Shown piece after piece: positions 25,407-33,185 of a stretch of 40,317 nucleotides of DNA (position 1 is its first letter; each line of letters opens with the position of its first letter). Origin of the DNA: Geminicoccaceae bacterium (GTDB taxonomy: Bacteria > Pseudomonadota > Alphaproteobacteria > Geminicoccales > Geminicoccaceae); NCBI GenBank assembly GCA_036274135.1, contig DASUGG010000213.1, positions 1-40,317 of the forward strand, in the 5' to 3' direction. The notes beneath the pieces were generated by a model, which saw only the letters and a list, made by a program, of their open reading frames with translations, ran no database searches and was not told the origin of the DNA. A program made the translations under genes and the position numbers.

Positions 25407-25459
25407 GGCGGCGCGGCTCGGCTTCTCCCGTCTGTATTCAGCGTGAAGGACCGTCAGTC

Positions 25460-26032
25460 ATGGCTCTCAGCAGTATCGAGCTGTGCTCTAGTGCCCTCGT
25501 CAAGCTCGGCGCCGAAGACATCAGCTCGTTCGACGACGGCAGCGCCGAGGCACGCGTCGCATCGCGGCTTTACCCGTTGGCGCGCGATGCGCTGCTCTCG
25601 ACCCATCCATGGTCGTTCGCAACGCGTCAGGCCGCCCTGGCGCGCCTGGCCACGGTCCCGACCACGACCTTCGCCTACGCCTACCAGCTACCGAACGACT
25701 ACCTGAAAGCCCTGTCTGCGGGCGACGGAGGGCGTGGTAGCGGCCTGGTCTTCCAGATCGTCGGGCGGCAGCTCCACACGGATGCCGAAGCCCCCGCGCT
25801 CACCTATATCTTTCGTCCGAGCGAGGGCGACTTCCCGCCCTATTTCAGCGCGGCGCTGGTGGCCCGACTCGCAGCCGAGTTCTGCCTTCCCCTGACCGAG
25901 AACTCCAGCCGCGCCGAGCGCCTGTCCCGTCTCGCCGATGCCGAGCTCAAGCTCGCGAAGCTGGTCGACAGCCAGCAGGATACGCCGCCGCGGGTCGAGG
26001 ACTTCACCCTGATCCGGGCGCGCTTCGCATGA
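25460..26032 (+). CDS. Head-tail adaptor / tail tubular protein A-like (T7 gp11 position and size)
   Basis: 190 aa. GAAGGA lies upstream of ATG 25460. IELCSSALVKLGAEDISSFDDGSAEARVASRLYPLARDALLSTHPWSFA is the pattern seen at the N-terminus of podovirus adaptor proteins. Confidence 0.55.
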   Translation: MALSSIELCSSALVKLGAEDISSFDDGSAEARVASRLYPLARDALLSTHPWSFATRQAALARLATVPTTTFAYAYQLPNDYLKALSAGDGGRGSGLVFQIVGRQLHTDAEAPALTYIFRPSEGDFPPYFSAALVARLAAEFCLPLTENSSRAERLSRLADAELKLAKLVDSQQDTPPRVEDFTLIRARFA

Positions 26033-27933
26033 CCCGGGCTTTCCTGGCGCAGACGAACTTCACCGCCGGTGAGCTTGACCCGCGGCTGCTCGGACGGACC
26101 GATCTCAAGTCGTACGAGAACGGTGCGGCCAGGCTGCGCAACGTCGTGGTCGATACAACCGGAGGCGCCCGGCGCCGCCCCGGCATGGCCTATGTCGCCA
26201 CCGCTCCGGGCGAGGGCCGGCTCGTGGCGTTGGAGACCGGCCCCTCTCAAGCTTTCCTGCTCGTGTTCACCGAGTTCCGGATCGACATCTATCGCGACGG
26301 GATCTGGCGAGCGATGGTCGCCGCTCCCTGGTCGGGGGCACAGCTGTCGCAAATCGTCTGGGCGCAGCAGAAGGATGATCTCCTCATCATTCATCCAGAC
26401 ATTCCGCCGCAGCGGTTGAGCCATGAGGGCGATGCCGCATGGAGCATCGAGGAGTGGCGTTTCGAAGAGAAGACCGATGGCGCGCTCTGCGCTCCGTTCG
26501 CGCGCTTTGCCGACACCGACGTGGAGATCCAGGCATCGGCGACGAGCGGCGCGATCACCTTGACCACCTCGGCGCCGCACTTCGTCGGCCAGCATCTCGG
26601 CGTACGCCTGCGCATCGAGGGTAAGCAGGTCGAGCTGACCAACATCCAGTCCACGACCGAGGCGGACGCCTTGGTGATCCAGACCCTCACCAGCACCGGT
26701 CCCACCAAGAATTGGGAAGAACTTGCATTCAGCGAAGCGCGTGGCTGGCCTGTAGCGCTCAGCTTCCACCAGAACAGGTTCGTGATCGGCGGCTCCCGAG
26801 ATCTGCCCAACGCTCTCTGGTTCTCGAGATCGGGCCGGTTCTTCGATTTCGACACGGGCGAGGGTCTCGATGACGAGGCGATCGTATTCCGCCTGGCCGC
26901 CAACGACGACCCGGCCATCCGGGCGCTCGTGTCGGGTCGAAGCCTGCAGGTGTTCACGAGCGTCGGTGAGTGGGTGGTGTCGGGCGACCCCCTCACGCCC
27001 ATCAATATTCAGGTCGAGCAACAGAGTAGGATCGGGTCGCCGCGCCACCGCCAGGTGCCGCCGGTCGATGTCGACGGTGCGACCATGTTCGTCGCACGGA
27101 ATGGCCGCGAGATCCGTGAGTTTCTGTTCACCAGCGTCGAGGACGCCTACCAGGCCACAGATCTGGCGCTCCTTGCCAGGCATCTGGTGATGGATCCGGC
27201 GGATCAGGCCTTCGATCAGGGCCGCCGCCTCTTCCTGATCGCGATGGCGGACGGCTCGCTCGCGGCCATCGCAATCTACCGCAATGCGGACGTCGTTGCT
27301 TGGAGCCTGCAGGAGACCGACGGCCGGGTGTTGTCGGTAGCGATGCTGGACGGACAGGCGATGCTGCTGGTCGCACGGGCCAACGGCGTGTTCATCGAGC
27401 GATTCGACGACACCCTGCTCGTCGACTCGGGCCGTCGCTTCAGCAGCCCGCAGCCCGGCCTCGTCTGGGAGGGCTTGGATCATCTCGAAGGCCAGCAGGT
27501 TGCGGTCGTCGCGGACGAGCAGGTCGTGGAGCCGGCGACCGTCACCGGCGGCGCGATCATGCTTGGCGCACCGGCGCGTACGGTCGTCGCTGGCCTGCCC
27601 TACACGCACATCATCGAGCCCATGCCGGCTGTGCTGACGGCCGGCGGCGCCGGCGGGCAGGATCCGCCCTATCGGCCGGTCCGGATCACGCTGCGGCTGC
27701 TGGCGACGCAAAACCTTTGCATCGACACCGGCGGGGGCTTGCGGGACTTGCCGCTGCACGCGGTAGGCGAAGGTCCGACGGACCGCAGCCCCGCTCCATT
27801 CACGGGCGACCGCTCGGTGCGTGCGCTCGGATGGCGACGCGGCGCGGCGCAACCGCCCTGGCGGATCGAGCAGGCCGCACCGTTGCCCTGCACATTGCTC
27901 TCAGCAACCACGGAAGTGAAGGTGAACAGCTGA
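26029..27933 (+). CDS. Tail tubular protein B / nozzle-like (T7 gp12 position)
   Basis: 634 aa. Its start overlaps the upstream stop (ATGA). The N-terminus is NFTAGELDPRLLGRTDLKSYENGAARLRNVVVDTTGGARRRPG. Size and position fit a nozzle protein. Confidence 0.6.
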   Translation: MTRAFLAQTNFTAGELDPRLLGRTDLKSYENGAARLRNVVVDTTGGARRRPGMAYVATAPGEGRLVALETGPSQAFLLVFTEFRIDIYRDGIWRAMVAAPWSGAQLSQIVWAQQKDDLLIIHPDIPPQRLSHEGDAAWSIEEWRFEEKTDGALCAPFARFADTDVEIQASATSGAITLTTSAPHFVGQHLGVRLRIEGKQVELTNIQSTTEADALVIQTLTSTGPTKNWEELAFSEARGWPVALSFHQNRFVIGGSRDLPNALWFSRSGRFFDFDTGEGLDDEAIVFRLAANDDPAIRALVSGRSLQVFTSVGEWVVSGDPLTPINIQVEQQSRIGSPRHRQVPPVDVDGATMFVARNGREIREFLFTSVEDAYQATDLALLARHLVMDPADQAFDQGRRLFLIAMADGSLAAIAIYRNADVVAWSLQETDGRVLSVAMLDGQAMLLVARANGVFIERFDDTLLVDSGRRFSSPQPGLVWEGLDHLEGQQVAVVADEQVVEPATVTGGAIMLGAPARTVVAGLPYTHIIEPMPAVLTAGGAGGQDPPYRPVRITLRLLATQNLCIDTGGGLRDLPLHAVGEGPTDRSPAPFTGDRSVRALGWRRGAAQPPWRIEQAAPLPCTLLSATTEVKVNS

Positions 27934-28352
27934 TGGGTGCTCTCAGCAGCCTTGCCACGACCGGCCTCAGCCTCGCGCTGTCCCAGCAGGCTGCCAGTGG
28001 CCGGACCCGCGATGCGCGCCAGGAGCGCGACCGCAGAATCGAGGAGATCCAGGCCCGTAACCGTGAGGAGAGCCGCAGGCGACGGGAGGAACTGCGACGG
28101 CGCCTCGCTGCCGAGCGGGCGCGTGCGGGCGCCGCCGGCGTGGCGACCAGCGGCGGATCTTCCGATGCCGTTCTGCGCGGGCTCGTGGAGGAAGCCGACA
28201 GGGCCGACCAGGCCGCCGCCGGCTCGGTGCGCCGGCAGATCAGCGAGCTGCGGCGGAACGCCAACAGGACGCGACGCAACAGCCTGCTCGACCTCGCGGG
28301 CGATGTCGCCGGCGGCGTGTTCGGCGGCTCCGGCCGTTCGTCGCTGCTCTAG
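27933..28352 (+). CDS. Arg/Glu-rich coiled-coil protein (possible small internal virion protein)
   Basis: 139 aa. ATG overlaps the nozzle stop (TGATG). It has a hydrophobic N-terminus, an RDARQERDRRIEEIQARNREESRRRREELRRRLAAERARA segment and a Gly-rich C-terminus. Confidence 0.5.
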   Translation: MGALSSLATTGLSLALSQQAASGRTRDARQERDRRIEEIQARNREESRRRREELRRRLAAERARAGAAGVATSGGSSDAVLRGLVEEADRADQAAAGSVRRQISELRRNANRTRRNSLLDLAGDVAGGVFGGSGRSSLL

Positions 28353-28398
28353 ACGGTCGTCCGGCACGCCGCGAATCCAGCAACGAGGCTAGGAGCCC

Positions 28399-30633
28399 AT
28401 GTCCGACACCTTCACCCGCGATCCCCAGCCGCGAATCCGCTATGCTGGCGATGGCGTTCGAATCAGCTTCGACCTGCCGTTCCCGATTCTGGCGAGCGAT
28501 GACTTGCTGGCCTTCGTCGACGATCAGCCGGCGACGGGGTTCGCGATCGCCGGTCTCGGCGAGCCGACAGCCAAGATCACGTTCCTCCAGCCGCCGGCCG
28601 CCGGCGCGACCGTAACCCTGCTGCGTCGCACTGAAAGCATTCGCGAGACCGAGTTCGTCGACGGCGGCCCGTTCCGGGCAGCAGCGATCAACGCCGAACT
28701 CGATCGCGTCATGCTGCTCATCCAGGAGAACCGGGAAGAGCACAATCGTGCGCTCAGGGCTCGGCCGTTCGAGGGCGATCTCGACTTCTGCCTGCCGCCC
28801 GCGGCGCAACGGGCCAACAGGCTGCTCGGCTTCGACAGCTCCGGCCAGCCGATGATATTCGGCCAGAGCGAGTTACCGATCGGTGGCGACGCCAGTGGCC
28901 AGTTGGTCACGCCAGCCGGTGCGACGACGGCGCGTGCGCTCGGCGAGCATCTGGCGTTCGTGGTGAACGTCCGGGATTTCGGTGCGCTCGGCGACGGTGT
29001 GTCCGATGATGGCGCCGCGTTCCAATCGGCCCTCGCGGCGGCACAGGCACGCTCTGGCGTGGTCTACGTTCCGGCCGGCCCCAATCCCTATCTCCTCGGC
29101 AGCGCCCTCGTGCTCGACGGCGTGCGGCTGATCGGCGATGGCCCCGGCAGCGTGCTCAAGGTGGCGGTCGCCAGCGGCTTCGGCTTGCAGCTCACCGGCG
29201 ACGCGCCTCGCCTTTCGGGCCTCCGGCTGATCGGTCCCGGAGCCGGTGCCTGGCCACAGGGGGCCGAGGACGTGAATCTTGCCGGCGTGGCCCTTGATGG
29301 CGTTCAGATCGCCGCCGGCGCGCGCGATGCTATGCTGCATGGGGTTGAGGTCGCGGCCTGCCATACGGGTCTGGCGATCGAAGGTCCGGTTGGCGCCATC
29401 GTCGATTGCCGCTTTCTGTTCTGCCGCAACGGATCGGAGGTGCGTGCCGGCGGTGTGGGCTCGATACATGTGGCGCGCACGACGTTTCACGGCTGCAGCT
29501 CTGGGATGCGCGCGGACGCCGGTTCGCTGTTCGCCCGGGCAACGCTTGCCGGAGGGACGGCCTCGTCTTGCGGCAGGGCGATCGATCTTGTCGCTCCGGC
29601 AAGCGGCCGGCGCGTCGTCGAGATCTCCAATCTGGAGCTGGCGGGCAATCTCGAGGCCGATGTCAGGATCGGGCCGCGCCACGCCGTGGCGGTACGCGGC
29701 TGCTGCATCGACGCCACCGGCAAGCGCAGCGGGGTCGGCTTGGAGTTGCTCGCCTCCGGCGAGACGGACCTCGCCCCGGGTTTGATCGTCGAGAATACCT
29801 GGGCCGACGTCACCGAGGTCTCGTCGGTCCAGCTGAGCGGGGGAAGCAACCTCGACCTGCTGGAGCCCGGAGATCTGATCGTTCTCGGCGCTGACTCCGA
29901 TGACGTCGATGATCTTTGGACGGCCCTCAAGGCAGGCCGCGCGGGCGTCGTGCACAGTGTGATCAGCCAGACGACTGAAAGCGCCGAGATCGCATTGGCG
30001 CGGGCTGGGAATCGGCCCCTCATCCAGACCGACGACCTCATCAGGGTGGTCGGTCGCTCCGGCACCGCGACGGTCGACAGCATTGCAGCGGCCACGCCTG
30101 CGGCGACCTTCGCCTGGCTGCGAGCCGACGACTACACTCGCGTGCTCTCCGCCCAGAACCCGATGCCAGCCGATCAGATCGACCTGGTCGGCAGCAATGC
30201 GGAGCTGCGGCATTTCCCCGGCATCAGCGATGAGCCGGTCGCGATTTCCGGCGTCGAGTTGCGGCGGGGAGCGGTCAACGGCGCCCTCACGCGGCTCGTG
30301 ACGCTCGAGCTCGCCCAGGATACCGCCGCCTCCTTCGCGCCGGACTCGACCGTTGGTATGGTCCATGTCTTCGGCCATGCGGCGCTCGGCGATCCGAGTG
30401 CTGCCATGTTCACCTATCGTGCGGATGGCCTCGCCTACACCGAACTGCTTGCCCGGGCCGACAACGACCCTCCGACGGTCAAGGTGACGGCGGCAACGGC
30501 GCTGACGGGGACGACCGGCGAGTCGGGCGTGTTCACGTTCTCGGCGCACACCGACGGCAGGATCTACGTGGAGAACCGCATGGTCGGGTCGCCGCGTACG
30601 CTGAGCCTGTTTTTGATCGGTGCGCCGCTCTAG
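28399..30633 (+). CDS. Tail fibre/tailspike: T7 gp17-like N-terminal particle-binding domain fused to a pectate-lyase-like beta-helix
   Basis: The N-terminus RIRYAGDGVRISFDLPFPILASDDLLAFVDD...VTLLRRTESIRETEFVDGGPFRAAAINAELDRVMLLIQE parallels the T7 gp17 N-domain (Y..DG....F..PF...v.v......i.l.R.T.....dF.dGs.l.A..LN...q....qE). It is followed by VNVRDFGALGDGVSDDGAAFQSALAAA (Pectate_lyase_3 opening). Confidence 0.8.
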   Translation: MSDTFTRDPQPRIRYAGDGVRISFDLPFPILASDDLLAFVDDQPATGFAIAGLGEPTAKITFLQPPAAGATVTLLRRTESIRETEFVDGGPFRAAAINAELDRVMLLIQENREEHNRALRARPFEGDLDFCLPPAAQRANRLLGFDSSGQPMIFGQSELPIGGDASGQLVTPAGATTARALGEHLAFVVNVRDFGALGDGVSDDGAAFQSALAAAQARSGVVYVPAGPNPYLLGSALVLDGVRLIGDGPGSVLKVAVASGFGLQLTGDAPRLSGLRLIGPGAGAWPQGAEDVNLAGVALDGVQIAAGARDAMLHGVEVAACHTGLAIEGPVGAIVDCRFLFCRNGSEVRAGGVGSIHVARTTFHGCSSGMRADAGSLFARATLAGGTASSCGRAIDLVAPASGRRVVEISNLELAGNLEADVRIGPRHAVAVRGCCIDATGKRSGVGLELLASGETDLAPGLIVENTWADVTEVSSVQLSGGSNLDLLEPGDLIVLGADSDDVDDLWTALKAGRAGVVHSVISQTTESAEIALARAGNRPLIQTDDLIRVVGRSGTATVDSIAAATPAATFAWLRADDYTRVLSAQNPMPADQIDLVGSNAELRHFPGISDEPVAISGVELRRGAVNGALTRLVTLELAQDTAASFAPDSTVGMVHVFGHAALGDPSAAMFTYRADGLAYTELLARADNDPPTVKVTAATALTGTTGESGVFTFSAHTDGRIYVENRMVGSPRTLSLFLIGAPL

Positions 30634-30640
30634 CCCGCCA

Positions 30641-32152
30641 GTGGGCGAGGAAACCGATCGGGAAGTTCAGCCCGAGGGTCCGCAGATCGGTTTCCGTCAG
30701 TTCGTCTGGCTCTGGAACCACTACCAGGGCCAGACGACCCCGCCCCTGCACGTCGAGATTGCCGAATGGCTGGAACGGCGCTGGCGGCAGGGCGACCGCC
30801 GCCTTGTGCTCCTGGTTTTCCGCAGCGCCGGCAAGTCCACGCTGGTCGGCATCTTCTGTGCCTGGCTGCTGCTGAACGATCCGGACCTCAGGATAATGGT
30901 CCTCGCAGCTGAACACGATCTGGCGCGCAAGATGGTCCGCAACGTCAAGCGGATCATCGAGCGGCATCCACTGACCCGTGGGCTGCGGCCAAAGCGGGCA
31001 GAGCAGTGGGCCTCGGATCAGTTCACGGTGCGACGGCGGTTGACCCGAAGAGACCCGTCACTCCTCGCGCGCGGCATCGGCGCGAACATCACCGGCTCGC
31101 GCGCCGACGTGGTGATCTGCGACGACGTTGAGGTGCCGAATACCTGCGCGACGGCGCCGCGACGCGAGGAGCTGCGATCACGCCTGCAGGAGATCAGCTA
31201 CGTGCTCGTGCCCGACGGTCTTCAACTCTATGTCGGCACGCCGCACAGCTACGACTCGATCTATGCGGAGGAGAGCAGCGAGGAAGAGGAGCCGCCCTTC
31301 CTGTCGGGGTTCCAGCGGCTTTGCCTTCCCCTGCTCGATGCGCGCGGCGCAAGTCGTTGGCCGGAGCGGTTCACGCCCGAGGGGGTCGCCGAGATCCGGC
31401 GGCGGAGCGGGCCCGCCAAGTTCGAAAGCCAGATGTTGCTTCGGCCAAGGAGCGTCGAGGATATCCGGCTGGATCCGGCTCTCCTCGTGCGCTACGACGC
31501 CCCGCTCGAGTTGCGGGAGGCCAACGGCGAGAGCATTCTTTCGCTGTCCGGCCGGCGCCTGGTCTCGGCGAGTTGCTGGTGGGATCCGGCCTATGGCGCG
31601 CCCGACGGGGGCGACGCGAGCGTCGTGGCCGCGGTGTTCGTCGACGAGGCCGGCGGCTATTGGCTGCACGACATTCGCTACCTCACGCACGACCCCGCGC
31701 GACGGCACGAGGTCGACGAGGCCACCCAGCTGTGCCGCGAGGTCGCCGCCTTCGTCAGAGAGCTGTATCTGCCATCGATCACCATCGAGACGAACGGCCT
31801 GGGCCGGTTCCTGCCGGCCTTGCTTCGTCGCGAGCTTCGGACCCTTGGCGCCGCCTGCGCCGTGCTCGAGCACGTCTCGAGGAGCAGCAAGGAGCAGCGG
31901 ATTCTGCAAGCGTTCGACCCGCTGCTGGCGGCCGCCGCGCTTCGCGCGCATGCGGCCGTCTGGGCCTCGCCCTTCATCGAGGAGATGCGCGAGTGGCGTC
32001 CGAGACGCCGTTGCCGCGACGATGGTCTCGACGCGGTGAGCGGGTGCCTGCTCGCCGAACCGGTCCGACTGCCCAGGGCGGGACCGGGCAAGCGCTTCGA
32101 TTGGCGCCCGGGGCGATCGCTTCACAGGGCAACCATCGACTTCGATCCCTGA
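30641..32152 (+). CDS. terL: Terminase large subunit
   Basis: Walker A VFRSAGKST, Walker B DVVICDDVE, coupling motif YVGTPH. The nuclease-domain acidic residues are present (CWWDPAYG, ITIETNG, RDDGLDAV). Start is GTG 30641, or GTG 30620 overlapping the fibre gene. Confidence 0.85.
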   Translation: MGEETDREVQPEGPQIGFRQFVWLWNHYQGQTTPPLHVEIAEWLERRWRQGDRRLVLLVFRSAGKSTLVGIFCAWLLLNDPDLRIMVLAAEHDLARKMVRNVKRIIERHPLTRGLRPKRAEQWASDQFTVRRRLTRRDPSLLARGIGANITGSRADVVICDDVEVPNTCATAPRREELRSRLQEISYVLVPDGLQLYVGTPHSYDSIYAEESSEEEEPPFLSGFQRLCLPLLDARGASRWPERFTPEGVAEIRRRSGPAKFESQMLLRPRSVEDIRLDPALLVRYDAPLELREANGESILSLSGRRLVSASCWWDPAYGAPDGGDASVVAAVFVDEAGGYWLHDIRYLTHDPARRHEVDEATQLCREVAAFVRELYLPSITIETNGLGRFLPALLRRELRTLGAACAVLEHVSRSSKEQRILQAFDPLLAAAALRAHAAVWASPFIEEMREWRPRRRCRDDGLDAVSGCLLAEPVRLPRAGPGKRFDWRPGRSLHRATIDFDP

Positions 32153-32231
32153 TCCAGGGCGCCTCGCCGCGTCGCTCGCGCGCGAGATGCCCTCGAGATC
32201 GAGCCGCACTTCATGATCGGGAGGAAATCAG

Positions 32232-32615
32232 GTGGGCGAGGAATGGAGCATCAGCTGGATGTGGTGGACGACGGCGGTCGAGGTGCCGGTGCTCGGTTGC
32301 ATGTTTTGGTTGATCCATCATGGCCGTCGCGAGGCTGAGCGCGCGCTGCTCAGGATCTACCGCGAGATCCAGGGAAACCTGAACATGGTCCTGGACAACC
32401 TCGCCCAGTCCAAGCTCGAAACCGCGCGCTTCTACGCCACGGTGACCGACCTCAAGGATGTCGAGCAGCGCCTGACCGACCACCTCCTGCGCCTTGAGAC
32501 GCGGCTTACCTACCAGCCTCCGACGCCATCGGGTGGCACGCCGCCAGACTGGTCGCGGCCCCCGGTCGAGACACGCCGCGAGCCGCAGAAGAAGGTCGAT
32601 TTCGATGCTGCGTGA
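32232..32615 (+). CDS. Membrane-anchored coiled-coil protein (holin/spanin-like position)
   Basis: 127 aa. GGGAGGAA lies 7 nt upstream of GTG 32232. It has a single N-terminal TM segment (WWTTAVEVPVLGCMFWLI), then a coiled-coil-like segment and a Pro-rich tail. Confidence 0.5.
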   Translation: MGEEWSISWMWWTTAVEVPVLGCMFWLIHHGRREAERALLRIYREIQGNLNMVLDNLAQSKLETARFYATVTDLKDVEQRLTDHLLRLETRLTYQPPTPSGGTPPDWSRPPVETRREPQKKVDFDAA

Positions 32616-33033
32616 GCGCGCGGTAGCGGTGAAGATCAGCCCCGACCTGGTCGAACGCCTGGCCAACACGCTGCTCGATCTTGCCCGGGACCAGGATGTC
32701 CGCGTGATCGAGGCGCTTGCCGCGGTGCTTGCAAGGCAAGCGCGCGACGACCAGCCGGAGGGGTATCCCGGCCTCTCCGAAACCGGGTCGCAACCAAGGT
32801 TCGTCATCGAGCCATCAAGCCCTGAGGACACACTGCGCCGCGCGATCTGCCGTCGGATCGCCCGGCGGGCGCTGCACGGCACTCTGGTCGACCCGACCGG
32901 AGGAGCCACTGCAGCGCATCGTATCGACGTCAGCCCGGCATGGGCGCATGATCTCCTGCCGATTGGCATGTTCGGGCCATTCCTGTTCTACCGCCCACCG
33001 TCGCGCGCGGCTTGGCGAGTAGGTCGGGGCTGA
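32605..33033 (+). CDS. SleB-like (Hydrolase_2) cell-wall hydrolase, divergent; candidate endolysin
   Basis: 142 aa, overlapping the upstream gene by 11 nt. The C-terminus RRAICRRIARRALHGTLVDPTGGATAAHRIDVSPAWAHDLLPIGMFGPFLFYR follows the SleB-domain ending (A.r.A...l.G.....tgGAt.fH...v.P.Wa.....iG.H.FY). The N-terminal LANTLLDLARDQD sits where the family has ..EARGE. Confidence 0.5.
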   Translation: MLRERAVAVKISPDLVERLANTLLDLARDQDVRVIEALAAVLARQARDDQPEGYPGLSETGSQPRFVIEPSSPEDTLRRAICRRIARRALHGTLVDPTGGATAAHRIDVSPAWAHDLLPIGMFGPFLFYRPPSRAAWRVGRG

Positions 33034-33185
33034 CAGCTCAAGGCGATGGGCGCTCGCTGCGCCGCGCTGAGTGCCGGCGAGCATCCGCAAAATCGACATC
33101 CTGCTGCGCCGGCGCCGCGCTTTTCTCAGCACTCGGGCGAGCGTATAGAGTGCTCTCGTGCGCTCTCCAGCTCGGACAAACCGAC

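Larger units (their letters stand above)
16955..33033. mobile_element. Phage-derived region: repressor plus a T7/BPP-1-like podovirus late (structural/packaging/lysis) gene cluster; a prophage remnant or a domesticated phage-like particle locus
   Basis: Collinear portal, scaffold, capsid, tail-tube, fibre, TerL and lysis-like genes (see the individual CDS entries). No integrase, replication or tRNA genes were recognised. Host genes lie on both sides inside the window. Confidence 0.7.

Noticed and set aside
22623-30549. Long minus-strand ORFs inside the phage-like cluster (22623..23822, 23497..24528, 25840..27852, 28873..30549)
   Set aside because: All are antisense to plus-strand genes with clear phage protein signatures. 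Their translations are Arg/Gly/Asp-rich without motifs.
28399-33033. Diversity-generating retroelement, looked for because of the BPP-1-like gene content
   Set aside because: No reverse-transcriptase-like ORF is present. I saw no template/variable repeat pair of about 100 nt or more near the 3' end of the fibre gene. A repeat search by computer would be needed to exclude it fully.
33101-33154. GC palindrome GCGCCGGCGC followed by TTTTCTC, and the 7-bp inverted repeat AGCACTC...GAGTGCT (33128-33154), between the hydrolase and the MFS gene
   Set aside because: The first cannot form a stable hairpin with a viable loop, so the terminator call is weak. The second could be an operator for the MFS gene, but there is no supporting evidence.
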